A DNA stretch of 63,364 nt, the filler included, from Choristocarpus tenellus KU-1152 (lineage: Eukaryota; Protista; Phaeophyceae): NCBI GenBank assembly GCA_964200185.2. It is 8 parts of 8 records of this genome, joined end to end, with 100 filler letters (N's around TTAATTAATTAA, not from the genome) between each part and the next. Parts side by side here need not be neighbours in the genome. Positions count along the whole stretch, not along the records: positions 20,214 to 42,551 come from CAXNAD020000288.1; positions 42,652 to 47,440 come from CAXNAD020013053.1; positions 47,541 to 51,851 come from CAXNAD020015173.1; positions 51,952 to 55,541 come from CAXNAD020019079.1; 4 more parts are not named here. One strand, written 5' to 3'. Below are positions 39,724 to 52,063 of this stretch, in pieces (position 1 is the stretch's first letter; every line of letters starts with the position of its first letter). The notes beneath the pieces are model-generated. The model searched no databases and had not been told where the DNA came from. It saw nothing but the letters and a program-made list of their open reading frames with translations. A program made the translations under genes and the position numbers.

Positions 39724-40570
39724 ATTTAACTGTTTTAATGATGTTTTTATTTGAGATATTTCATTTAAATTGTAGAGCGTACGTACGCTTCTGGTTGTTC
39801 CAAATGATTGCATCACTTGCTTTCACCATTGGTTGGGGTTCCTGGAATACTGTGAGGCGTCTTTAGATTGCTTCTCTTGTGCTTTGAGGAAATTTCCGGT
39901 GTGCTTGGCTTGTCTCAATTTATGATCTGCTCAAAGGACCACACCGGTGAAGTCGGGGGCCTTTAGGGGATGACTGAAAATGAATTTTAATAAAATCTCC
40001 CCAACCTGTGGAGGTGTGGCAGCGGAGTTGGTGCTTTGAGTGCGGCAGCAGGAGGTTTTTTGTAACTTGGATTAGATCAGCTCAGCTGCAGCGATTTTGG
40101 ATTGGGGGAGTTTAGTAAGCGGCCCACCCACATGTCTTGCCCAGTAAGAAACATGTCTTCAATTTTTTTTATTTTTGCTCAATAAGAAACTGGCGGTAGG
40201 AGGAATGGTATAATGCTCTATGCATTCATGCTCAACGGTATGATGGAATCCAAAGATACCATATTCCATCAACATTATTATTATTTTTGGTTGTACGGTA
40301 ACGCCTACTAGACCGGAATTTTTTTTTTGTTGCGCTGATTCTGATGGCTCCAGCAGGGGGTTATCAATTAACACAGCTGCCAGTAGAGATGAAGATGAGG
40401 TGAATGATGGTACTCAACGTGTTTTTTTTAATTTTTTTTTGGAAATTGTGCAGTCTCCGTGTCCTCAGTTTTTTCTTTGGCAGGCGGTGAGAGGCTTGAA
40501 GTGGGGATTTCATCAACTGGTAGTGCCTCAGAACAAGTAGATGTGATGTTGGGGGTTGACATTGTGACTG

Positions 40571-40617
40571 CTGAAGTTCTAGATACTGGTACCTGAAGTT
40601 CTAGATACTGGTACCTG
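40571..40617. repeat. 22-bp direct tandem duplication CTGAAGTTCTAGATACTGGTAC x2
   Basis: Read directly from the sequence. Confidence 0.85.
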
Positions 40618-41448
40618 GGCGGGTGGGGACCTCTTGGGGAAGTACCATTAAGCTGTATGTCTGGTCACTAGAGACTTGGACTGTTTTACCTGTGAAAGAC
40701 GTCAGGTGTATTGTTGGAAATGCGTGTATTTGTACTTGCAGTCTTCTGTAGTGCAATCTATACAGGGAGGACTATCGGACCGTACTTATGTCAGTTAGGG
40801 TTAGGGTTAGCCATCCTAGCTCTCAGGCGTGGGTGCAAGTTTGATGATAGTTCAGAGGGTGACTTTTTGAGGAGGTAGGTTCATCAGTGAGGAGGTTGTG
40901 TTGTCTCTGAGGGAGAGGTCAAAGGGGCGTGCTAAAGCCCATCCCAAGAGATACCAAAACTCGAGTAAGACCGGACTGGTTTTAGTTTTTTGAAGTAGGT
41001 AGGATTATGGGTGGGGAGGGGGCGTAGAGATTAGGCGATGGGAATAGTGGAGGAGGATGGGGAGGGTGCGGGAGGGGAGGATGGATATACTGGGGGGACA
41101 GATTATTGGGCAAAGCTAAACAGGGCAAGAGGAAGAGGGGGCATTGGGGGAGGTGGAGGAGAAGGGACAGGAGGGACAGGAGAGCGAAACCTTGTTAGAG
41201 GGAGGTTCATTTTGACTCTTTTGGGTTTTATTGTTTTTTGTTAAATCCTTGTGCTGTTTGACTACGCACCTTGTCCAAGCCAGAAATGCAGTTAACTGAT
41301 TTCGGCGGGTGTGACTGCAGAAGGGCAGCTTAGCTATGGACAAGGTGTATTGTTAGCTGAAATCGCCTTCCATGGTGGTCGAAACATGCATGTATCGAAG
41401 GCCATCATATGGGGCTGTGAAACTCAAGGGTTTCCTCCTCGTACTTGG

Positions 41449-41635
41449 GACCCAAAGTATCTTCAGGGGGGGGGGGAGGGAGGTCTACACCAGGGTGTCC
41501 ATTTGGACCATTGCCAGGAAAAATGTATTTACATTATCCATCTGACGTATGCAACCAAATCACCCAAAAATCGCGACATGAAAAAATTGGCCCCAAATGG
41601 ACAGCTGCCACCCCCCTCACCAGATACTTTTAACC
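41449..41635 (+). mobile_element. MITE family B (about 185 bp, G/C-run termini), full copy
   Basis: Ends GACCCAAAGTATCTTCAGGGGG / CCAGATACTTTTAACC; 4-bp TSD TTGG; subterminal GTCCATTTGG / CCAAATGGAC. Confidence 0.85.
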
Positions 41636-43469
41636 TTGGTATAGGTAGTTTTATCGCTTATCTTGGACTCTGGAGTAGTTAGGTTGTGGATTGGATGAGT
41701 GTGTATGGGTGAGAGTACTTTTTGCTGTTGCTTTTTTTTCGTGTAGGTTTTGAGTGGTGAGCTGAAACATACATGAACGGTAATAGAACTTTATGAGAAT
41801 TTTCCTAGTTGACTTTCAGGTTCACGAAAAGTATCTGAGGTTGTGGAGGTGGGTAAAAAGGCCCTGTAGCTATGTGGATTCTTGAATTTGTTCTGGAGTG
41901 CTCTGCGATGTCATGGCACCGCTCCAGAGCTCTTTGCAGTGTGACTCTGATTGTCACAATCTCTTCGTTACAATTTTTTTCCCACCTAGTATTGCAACCT
42001 AAGTGTGTGCTGTGTGCCCAATAAAACCACATAATTGTGAAGATTGTGTTTTTGAAACCCCCCCAGAATGTAAAATGTACAAGCAATTTTGTATGATTAG
42101 GTTTTGTTTTTCCGAAAAGAAGTTATTGACTACCTGGAAGAAAGGTTACTCAACAAAATATTAATAAATAAAATAAGTTTTTGAACTTATTTTTCTTGTA
42201 TGAGCACCGCATTAATACAGCTGCCTGTAAAGGAATATGTAAAGAAATACTGTCGAATACTTGTCTTATCGGCAGTGATTGACTGCATGATTGACTGCAT
42301 TTGATAGAAATTCATGTTAGGTACTGTGTCCTGCCTGTACCTCTCTCTGGAGTGCAATATATGTATGTAGAGCCTTGCACGGAAACATCTGCATCTTCTG
42401 GATGAATACTTGGTTAGATAGTAGATGCTGCCCCATCAACAAGTTTTCAGTTGTGTTGATAGATGTATCGGGTAGTTTACCATTTGATTTATCCTCCCCT
42501 CTACTCTCTATGACATGACTGTTCTCACCCGAGGCACTCCCCCCCCCCCCCNNNNNNNNNNNNNNNNNNNNNNNNNNNNNNNNNNNNNNNNNNNNTTAAT
42601 TAATTAANNNNNNNNNNNNNNNNNNNNNNNNNNNNNNNNNNNNNNNNNNNNCAAATGGACACCCTGGTGTAGACCCCCTCCCCCTCCCAGATACTTTGGG
42701 TCTCTTCTACAAAATAATACGTATGTACACAACAACATCACCAATGGAAAGGTACACAACAAGAACATCATTAACCGAAGATAGCTAAGACTTGTGAGAT
42801 ACCTCTACTATTGTTGTTGCAGGAGGTTCACAGGCATGCTCAGCAACCAGCAAATATATGTTACAAGCGATATATCTTGATGGCGGTTTCATAAACCCCA
42901 TTATGACCTTGAAGTCCAAGATTTGATATATTTGTACTTTTTAACTATTTATTTATTATTTGGTCATTATGGTCCCCGATTGTGATAAGACATCGTAAAC
43001 CAGTACCTTTTTATACGATGATATTGACGATAATCCAAGTGAGAGATCTCGAATACTTGACGACTTGTGCATCAGGAGTCCTATTCGTGCATCATTATCT
43101 TTTATAGGCCTGTTGATTGGAGCTATACATCCTGTGGAGGTGAGTTCTGGAGCGTGCTGTAACATGGAGGTCCTACCACCTCTCTTCAAACTGGAGAGAA
43201 TACTCCGTATTCACCTCAACACTTAGGATTCTTTGTAGCTTCCTACGTCCGCCTGGATTCTCTTTTTTTTTCCACTTGGGTTTGTAGTGTTCATTCGTCG
43301 TCTATGGGATTTCCATCTTCTTGGCCTCATTGACTTCATGGGTGTGATGGCTTCTGTGGCTATGTGGGAATCTCTGTCCTTCTATAGCCGTAAAACGAGT
43401 GGCCTCTGATCACCACATCATCCGCCTATAGTCATAAAATGAGTGGTCTCTAACCGCCATGGTCGAGAC

Positions 43470-46400
43470 ATTGCCTAGGTAGTTAATTGTTCTGCATGCA
43501 CCTACTCACACCCCTGTTCTCTTTTGGTTGCCACCTTGCCCTTTATCTCCCAGGTCCACAGACATATCTGGCTTACAGTGTTCGCAAGAAGTTGAGGTCG
43601 CCTCCGACCCACAGATTCTCCAAGGAATCGATGATTCCGAGAGATTCCAGCCCAGTACCATGTGTTGAACTATCCCACACTGGACCCGCGGCTTTTATGG
43701 TGCTATAATGAAGGACAAAGAACAGTTAATATTACAATGGTCTTGTGGTCTCGATTCCGCTGACTGAGCATGTGGATGAGACTAGCCTAAACTACCATAT
43801 TATTATTCTACAGTGTGGGGTTAGTTATTGTCCACATTAATTTACTATGAATCACTTATTTACTAATCTTAAGCATAGGAAGTGTATCTTGAACATGATA
43901 TAAACCAATCAACACTATGAGTCAGTACATATAATATACCTGTCACTCGCTCTCTACCCTATCACATGATCCACCAGTGGTGTCTACAGTGTATCAGCAG
44001 CACTATCTACGAACATATCACACCTCAAGGCAATTCTGGTCGCAGCCATGTCCATGCTGCTGAATGTTGACATAGGCGCAGAGAACACGTTTGTTTTCGG
44101 TCTTCCACTCGTGGCAGATCTCGCTCCAGATTGAGATCCCGGGACAGACGCTCTCATCAAAATGGACAGAGGACCAGAGAAGAACGCAGAGGCCGTACCC
44201 ATTCACCTCGACGTAACCGTCGGACCAGTGATTATTATTCTTCACACAAGTCTGTATCACCCAGATCATTTCGGAGGAATAGCCTGAGTACGGTACGTCA
44301 GTCCAGAGAGGTCAAGGCGCAGTTGTGAAGAGAAATTCATGAGTTGCGTACACGAGCTGAGTCGAATGAGTCACAATCCGATAGGCAGCAGCGAGACAGA
44401 ATCTCTCACAACCTCGACGTGTGTTATTATCAAGGTTGTGTTAAAACCATGGAATGCATTCATAAGAAACTCAGAGACCCTGCCAATGGCCCCGTCTTTC
44501 TTGGAGTACCTGCAGATATAACTCCGCCCCAAACATGTCAATCAACCCCGTATTCTTCGCAGATGCTCCTATCAAGGCTTTAGGGAGGGTTCAAGGAGGA
44601 TCGTCGGACTTACCTAAAGACCATGCCCACTATTGTAATACATCACGTCCATGTAGTGATGCCCTTACCCCTTTCCGCATCAAGCTTCTTGAGGAACTAC
44701 TGTCTGACTCTCTTAGGATCCACAGTGATCTCCTAAGCGACTCATCTACAGTGGAAGTCCCGAGCGTCATCGGACAACTCCTTCGGGTTCCTCGGGAAGA
44801 CGTGACGGCTACTGAGTGGGTTCGTATCCTGGTGAGAGAATGTACTCTTTCTTACAGCCAATCGAAAAACGCCGTGAAGAATGCAACGAGTTCTTTAAGG
44901 ACGGAGAGAGGGGAATCCTGGAAAGCTGCAGCCAACTGTCTTGTCTTACACTATCGAACGTACACTGTAGATTCGCGGATGCCTCATGTTTGTGAGACAA
45001 CTTTCTTTTGGGGGTACATAGCTGAAGACCAACTCATTGATCTATGCGAACGAGCTCTTCCTATTCTTCTTCCCAATGTTCTAGATCAGATTGGAGTCGA
45101 TAACATTTTCATTTCGAAAGGAGATTCGGAGTCAAATTCGCCCACTGGCAATTTCCCAGAATAATCCTTTAAGAGATGAAATTATACAGCGGGGAATTAA
45201 AGCAGAACGCATCTTTGGCGATCTAATCGAAACATTGTCCAATCGTAGCGACCAGTACACATTTGTCCCAACCAATCAAAATGCTACGGAATCTGTGTCG
45301 TACAAACATAACACGCCTACTGCTTTAGTAGCATGGCTGATGCTCGTGCTATGTTTGAAACCATGTCCGACCGCTTGTCTGCCCCAGTTGAAACTCCGAT
45401 CAGCAGACAGGAACTAGGACTGCCCCAACATAGCAGGACGTCCTTGCCACGATAGGTGCAAAACCAGAATCCACCACCACACCAAGAGGTGGTCAACAGT
45501 GTGTTGGCGGCCCTCGCACCGATGCTCCAACCTATTTTGTCTCAAAAAACCCTGCCCACTGTCTGTGCTGCGTTGACAAACCAACCTGCTTCTGCCCCTG
45601 GGAAATATGGGGCCACGTTCGTTTCTAAGAGCAATGCATCCGCATCCGTTCGACACCCGCCATCCAGTCTGTGCCCCGATCCACGTCTTCTTTAGCTACA
45701 GACAGAGCAAGCGATGCAGGTCGACACCATTCGGGTAAGGATTTACCTTCACCATCTACTTCCCAAGATGAGGTTGTCGAGTGGCTCAAGGCACATCGAG
45801 TTTGCTTCCACCACGCTTTCGGTCGCGACTGCTTCAAGTCTATCGGGGCAGCAGGTGCAGGTATACCCATGACGACTCCATAGTAGCTAAGGGTTACTTC
45901 CAATATCTTTCCCAAGACAAGCAGAGTACTACCCCAGCGAATGAGTCGCGCACAATGGTAGCCTTGATAGACTCCAATTTGCATTACCTTGCCGCGATCC
46001 AGGACTTTGAGTTTCCGCCACTATTTGCAACCAGCCCAACCGATTCTGAAGCACCCGAGTTGCCCTGGAGTCTTCAGTTCCAGGGAACTTAGCCACTGTA
46101 GGCATAGGAAGCATGATCCCCACACCCACTTCGACAATATCCACTATGTCAACTGTTCAACGAACTATTCAAGTATGGCTATCTTGTCGGCTGTAGAACA
46201 TTTCCACTCCTACATTTGGGGTAGGAAATTCACTGTAGTCTCTGTCTGCTCAAGCACTGACTTGGCTCTTCAAGAGTCGTGAACTTAGCCCCAAGCTCCA
46301 CAGGTGGGCCCTCCGCCTTATAGACCACGACATGGAACTGAAGTGGCGAGCAGGTTCGAAGCACGAACTACCAGATGGACTGTCACGACTCTCCTCACCA

Positions 46401-47397
46401 ACAACATCAGGTTTGGATATCGACGATTCTTTTCCTGACGATCCGTCAGTAGCTTGTAGCAAGAGCTACGCTGGACCGCGAGAGTCTTAGATGGTGTATG
46501 TTTGCAGGATTTAGATACATCAAACCTAAGCCCAGGGCACCCCACAATATCCCCTTGCGCTCTCTGTGCGTTGGTAGATTCAGAACTAGAGTGTGCTCCT
46601 CCCTCACATGGTGAACCGAGTGTAGGGGTAGCACACATGTTTCTTCAGGGAACAGTTGATACCACATTCTCAGGAATACTGCCAGCACTGCAAGATTGCC
46701 ACACGGAACCTGATAGTCGAAACTTAGGCGTTGGAGGTTGGCTACCACTCTGTAGACCCCAGGATCAAAGTCTACCAGTGTGTCTATACCCCCTCCCTCT
46801 GATTGGATGGCCCCAGATAAGATGCCTAGAGTAGACACGACGACACACACCCCACAGCAACTCCTTCCCCCGCTTAACGCCACTACCACGTTTGGATGGC
46901 AACCTTTAGACCCTACCCTCGAAGACAGGATAGAAGTAAAAGTAAGAGGAAAAGCAAGAGAAGAGAAGTCGCCATAGAACAAGAAGGGTAGTGACAGAAC
47001 AGTCCGAATGAGTGAGATAGTTCAACACCACCCCACTCTCAAGAGAGCAATGGCTACTGTCTCAGACGTGCCAGAGCTATTGGAGAGGCAGAAGAAAATC
47101 CCTTATTGGGCAGCATACGGAGTGTACTCGAAGGCCAAGAACACCGGAAGTTGTCACTCGAGTGGGGAAAAGGGAGTATAGATGTGGAGTTATATTCCCT
47201 AGATGATAAGGACTTACTCTGGTACACCCCCGGAAAGTATTCACCTAGGCTAGCAGTTCCTCGTTCACTAGTGTCAGACATCATAGCACTAGTACACCTG
47301 CAGACTAGCCACCAGGGAGTTGGACGCACAGTACACCTAACCCGTCGATACTTCTTTTGACCCTCACTCCACAAAGACACGCAGGATTATGTTTATC
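43470..47397 (+). mobile_element. Ty3/Gypsy-type LTR retrotransposon internal remnant (gag-like region, RNase H C-half, start of integrase); pseudogenised
   Basis: RNase H: AILSAVEHFHSYIWGRKFTVV..LWLFKSRELSPKLHRWALRL..ELKWRAGSKHELPDGLSRL (about 46176-46392). Integrase HHCC start: LAVPRSLVSDIIALVH..HQGVGRT..RRYFF*PSLHKD (about 47250-47395). RNase H-then-integrase order indicates Gypsy. Gag-like broken ORFs at 44030-45883. Confidence 0.85.
43663..44015 (+). mobile_element. LTR copy (TGTTGAA...GAACA), probably a solo LTR inserted in the Gypsy remnant
   Basis: Homologous along its length to 48531-48893; TG...CA ends; TSD not clear. Confidence 0.75.
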
Positions 47398-47672
47398 GGC
47401 TCAAAGTATCTGGGGGGGGGGTGGCGGCTGTCCATTTGGGNNNNNNNNNNNNNNNNNNNNNNNNNNNNNNNNNNNNNNNNNNNNTTAATTAATTAANNNN
47501 NNNNNNNNNNNNNNNNNNNNNNNNNNNNNNNNNNNNNNNNGGGGGAGGGGGGGGGGGGGGGGGGGGGCAGATCGCAACAAACGATATCTCGCGCATGGCT
47601 GAGATATTCGTACAAAGAGGTAGGTCATCATATAATATCAATAATTGTACGGCATAAAATACAGGATTTTGA

Positions 47673-47856
47673 GACCCAAAGTATCTGGGGGGGGGTGGGG
47701 TGGGGTCTACACCAGGGTGTCCATTTGGGACATAATCAGGAAAAAAGCATTTACATTATCTATGCGACGTTTGCCACCAAATCACCCAAAATCGTGACAT
47801 GATAAAATCGACTCCAAATGGACAGCCGCCACCCCCCCCCCCAGATACTTTGAGCC
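47673..47856 (+). mobile_element. MITE family B, full copy; partial ends also at contig edges (about 20091, 42652-42702, 47398, 51820, 51952, 55508)
   Basis: GACCCAAAGTATCTGGGGG...CCCCCAGATACTTTGAGCC; body matches the 41449 copy; flanks TTGA/TGAA are an imperfect match. Confidence 0.85.
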
Positions 47857-48530
47857 TGAAGATTAGTTGATCATTGATATTCAGTGTTATATTTCCTCGA
47901 GAAGTTGATTTTTCTGGCTATTCTGTTCAGTTAGAGGGAACGAATTTCGATTTTTTTCATGCATAGTGTACTTCCTGGTCAATCTTGGCAGAACTTCCTC
48001 CGTCATTTCTCCAAAAAGGACGTAGTCTGATGCAAATCAAGTTGACACTGCATTATACCTCCCCCTGTTCATCACCAATACTACCTCCACGTCTTCTTCC
48101 TAAATTCCAAGCATGCATTGGTGCTGTTGACACTCCGAAGGGCTGATGCATAAGTTGCCTTCCTCTCTGGGTCTGTTGGTGCTTGTTGTGCATTTGCTTG
48201 GCACACCCACACATACTTGGTCACATCCACTGGGACAGTATCTGGCATCATATCTAGCGGGTCTGTAGGGATCCAATACACCAAGCTGTGCATATGATAC
48301 CTTCAGGCGATGTTGAGGGCAGGTTAGTTGCGAAATTCGGTTAGTGGGCTATGACAACAGGAGTTACCTGAATGAATATTACATTTTAGAATCGCTTGAA
48401 GGTGGTACTATCACCTGAATGAGCCGAAGGGTTCAAAAATTCTAGGATTAGTTATTTTAGTGTAGCCAAGTGCACCGTGATGGAACCACAGGTGCATCTT
48501 TCGATTGAGATTACCATGATCTGAATGCTC

Positions 48531-48893
48531 TGTTGAAATGTTCCGTAATGGACCCGCGGCTTTGGAGCTTTGATGAAGGACGGTGAATAGCTTGGTGTAG
48601 ATGTGCAATGTTAGTATTACAAGGGGGGCTTGTGGTCTCAATTCCGTTGACTGAATAGGTGGATGAGACGAGCCTAAACAATCGTTACTATTCCTATAGT
48701 GTGGGATTTTCAACTATATACTATGAACCACTTATTTACTGTCTTAAGTATGGTAAGTGAATCTTGAACATAACGCTCAAATCAATGGACACCATGATGA
48801 GACAGGGCATATGATAAATGTCACTGGCTCTCCATCATATTACGTAATCCACTGGTGGTGTCTATTGTGTATCAGCAGCACTATCTACGAATA
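48531..48893 (+). mobile_element. Solo LTR
   Basis: TGTTGAA start, CTACGAATA end; flanks TGCTC/TGCTT form a near-perfect 5-bp TSD; homologous to the 43663 and 31913 copies. Confidence 0.8.
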
Positions 48894-50758
48894 TGCTTTA
48901 GGCTGAAGTACTTGGGGTTGTCCCATGCGGTTGAGACATGCACTCTACGTCAGGACTACTATCTGAAGCTTCGCTCTCCATATCACAGGTTGCACTCGAC
49001 TTGCTTAACAGAGATGCACCCATCGTACATTTTCCTATTTTGATACCCTTATGGGTCTGACGCTATCAAGCCAACTACGCGAAAAATACATATATTTCAT
49101 GAAGGGGAAGGATATTGATACCGAAAAAGGTATGTTTAAAGGGGGAAAATAGGGAAACTTGCACACGGAAAACAGATGCGAAGAGGATGGAAAAATATCT
49201 AGTGGGTGTGCATGCAAGATTTGGAAAATTTTTGATCACGAGTGTGAGAGATGAGTATACGAGGGCAACGAGGGCAACAAACTAGCTCAAATGAGATGGG
49301 AAAAGAGTACAGTGTAGTACGCGGCACAAAGAGATTATGGATTAGTTGCATTCCAGAGAAGCTGTGATAGCTGTTGAACTCTACACTAAAGAAGAAGCTA
49401 AGGTAGGCCAATCGTATAATCGCGCACTTGCAACTCGACACTCTCCACAGAATGCTACTATTTTGATTGTTGTATTGATTTTGGGGGGGGTTGACTTTTA
49501 TGTGTCTCTATTGTCTTTGATATGATAATATTGTTGATGTTCCGATTAAATGTACCTGGTTTGATAGCAATTTCTTCACTCACCTTTCCCCATCACTAGT
49601 GTAGACTTCGTTCTTCACATGAAGATCACTCCAGACTCACGATTGAAAGCTGGTCAGAAGAAAGCACTACACACTACAATAAAAACTATGGTTGATTCAT
49701 AAAAAGCAGAAAATAAATGTGATGAGAAAGCAAGAAAGAAATAGTCTACCCACAAACCGCAGCAAAGAGACACCCAAGTAGCAGGTGCTGTGCACTAGAA
49801 CCAATAACTTAGATGATTAGCGTCATCATATATCACTAGGACCTTTGAACAAAATGCAGAAAATAGACTGAATTCAAGTTTACATCCGGTCCATCTCTTC
49901 TCCTATTCTCCCTTTTTCGATTTCTTCGAAACACTTTTTTATTTTCTCAACTGCGATAATTTTTTTCATATTAATACATCTGCAGGAAGGGTCTGAAACC
50001 CCTCAAGAAAAAATGCAATATTGTGGTTGATACAGTGATCCAATGGAACATATGTTCACAGTGGTATCTGGCAGTCATTTGTGTTTCTAGACATGAAATA
50101 CAAAAAGGAACCGATAAATTCAAACCACTAGAAGCTTACTAACTCGCAAACAAATGTATATTACAATGTACTATATAATCATAGAGTGTACACACATTTC
50201 AAACCGCTTAGTCTTGGGAAAGATTATATCTAGATACGGATGGCTCGATCACTGCAATTTGTTTTTGTAGTGTTTACGTATGAAAGCGCATGAACATATA
50301 AAACCCGTGGTAGCCAAATCTGAGCAATGCCACTACTCGCTTATTTATATCTTACATATTTCAAGCACAAAGTCTTGAACCGTGTCAAGTGATATGGTTG
50401 AACCAAAACAAAAAGCTCTTCATACCCACAACACTGTCATCTGCACACAGGTGTACGTCAAAACCAAAGTGTTACGAGGAGCAAACACTTGCGCACCAAC
50501 CACTGTTCTACATTAGACTCGCACAAATTGTTAATGATATATACCCTATTTTACATGCTCTTATTTATTATGTATCTTTGCCAAAGAATGTATTCTGCAA
50601 GGAGATGTACCTTGCCATGAAGCTCACAAACTGTGGTCACCATCCTTCTTTTATGTACAACCCGTCTTCACAATGTTGCTCTTGTGAGTATTCTGCTCGC
50701 TTTATTAAGACATTGAAGGGGAATCTAAGCAATAGAGCTGTGGCTTCCTTCTCTTAGA

Positions 50759-51014
50759 GAGTCAAAGTATCTTAGAGGGTAGGACCACGTCCATTTGGGG
50801 GCCAAAATTCAATGCTGCAATTTTGATGTAATTTTGGCTATCGTGAATGTTAGGAAGTGTCAGTATCCTGGTTGTGGACACATTTTCATTACGTATACAT
50901 TTTACCTACTCCAAAACATTTTGGAGTAGGAAAATATCATAACTAAACCCATAGGAAATCAAGCCCCAAATGAACAACAGGGCAAACCTCGTACCCTCTA
51001 CGATACTTTCACAC
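50759..51014 (-). mobile_element. MITE family A, inverted copy
   Basis: Reverse complement of the family A body with both TIRs; TSD decayed. Confidence 0.85.
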
Positions 51015-52063
51015 AGATGCTCTTCTTCCTTGCACTTACCAAATATATGCTCCGATAAGGTTGAAGTCTGATAGGAGAAGATTGCGCTCCTCCTTTGTCC
51101 ACTTTGCACTGGTTGCAGGTCTCTTGCACTGGCCCCTGCGAGTGCTCATGAATTTTGCAAATGGGATCCCTTGTTTTTCTTCAATAAAATTTCGTACTGC
51201 TGAATACACTTCACGTGGGTACACATGGGTATTGAAGATTGAGAACTCATGTACCACATCCTCACCCAGTGCCAGAGATGTGCCATTCTTCCAGCAACCC
51301 GTCATAATCCTGGTTGGCAAATCTGTACTACAGAAAAGGATCAAGATGTACATGTCAATTTTTATTGTATTTGAGCGAAAACCTGTTGTATTTAGTGATA
51401 GAAAGGTGTTCCATCTTATCATGAGCATGAGAAGTTCACATGGAGGATTGCCAATATGTCGCATTGGTAATGGTTTCAATTAATCCCAGCACGTGTAGTT
51501 GTTGGTTTCTTCCTACACTACAAATCTTTTAGCTACGCAAGGTGCACACATCAATAGTAAGTATGCCCCTCCTACTTATTGCACACTGAAAGCATCAATT
51601 GGTGTGAGTTTAGCGACTAGGTCAAAATTTTACATATTATGCTATCATTTCATTCAAAAATACATATCCAACACACAAACGAGGGTGGGCGATTCACAGT
51701 CTCCATGTCAACGCGAGAAGCATACATTCGTCCAAAAATAACCACCAAATATCGCCTTGTTCCTAACTTTATGCTTTTTGGTTAATTCGTGATATAACCC
51801 TACCATTCACAACACTTCAGACCCAAAGTATCTGTGGGTGGGTCGGGGGGGNNNNNNNNNNNNNNNNNNNNNNNNNNNNNNNNNNNNNNNNNNNNTTAAT
51901 TAATTAANNNNNNNNNNNNNNNNNNNNNNNNNNNNNNNNNNNNNNNNNNNNCCCAGATACTTTGAGCCATTGTTGTATAACTGTTGTGGCGATACGGTGA
52001 AACAAACCAAGATTGCCACAGGGGCCGAATCTACTGTTACCACTTTATAGAAATATCCCTAAA

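Noticed and set aside
40795-40810. TTAGGG telomere-like repeat
   Set aside because: Only about 2.5 units; too short to call an interstitial telomere.
48081-48300. Isolated exon-like minus-strand frame
   Set aside because: No partner exons or recognisable family, and stop codons follow immediately.
43663-48893. The two LTR copies as paired LTRs of the Gypsy remnant
   Set aside because: They are separated by a contig linker and visibly diverged, and the 48531 copy has its own 5-bp TSD, making it a solo LTR.
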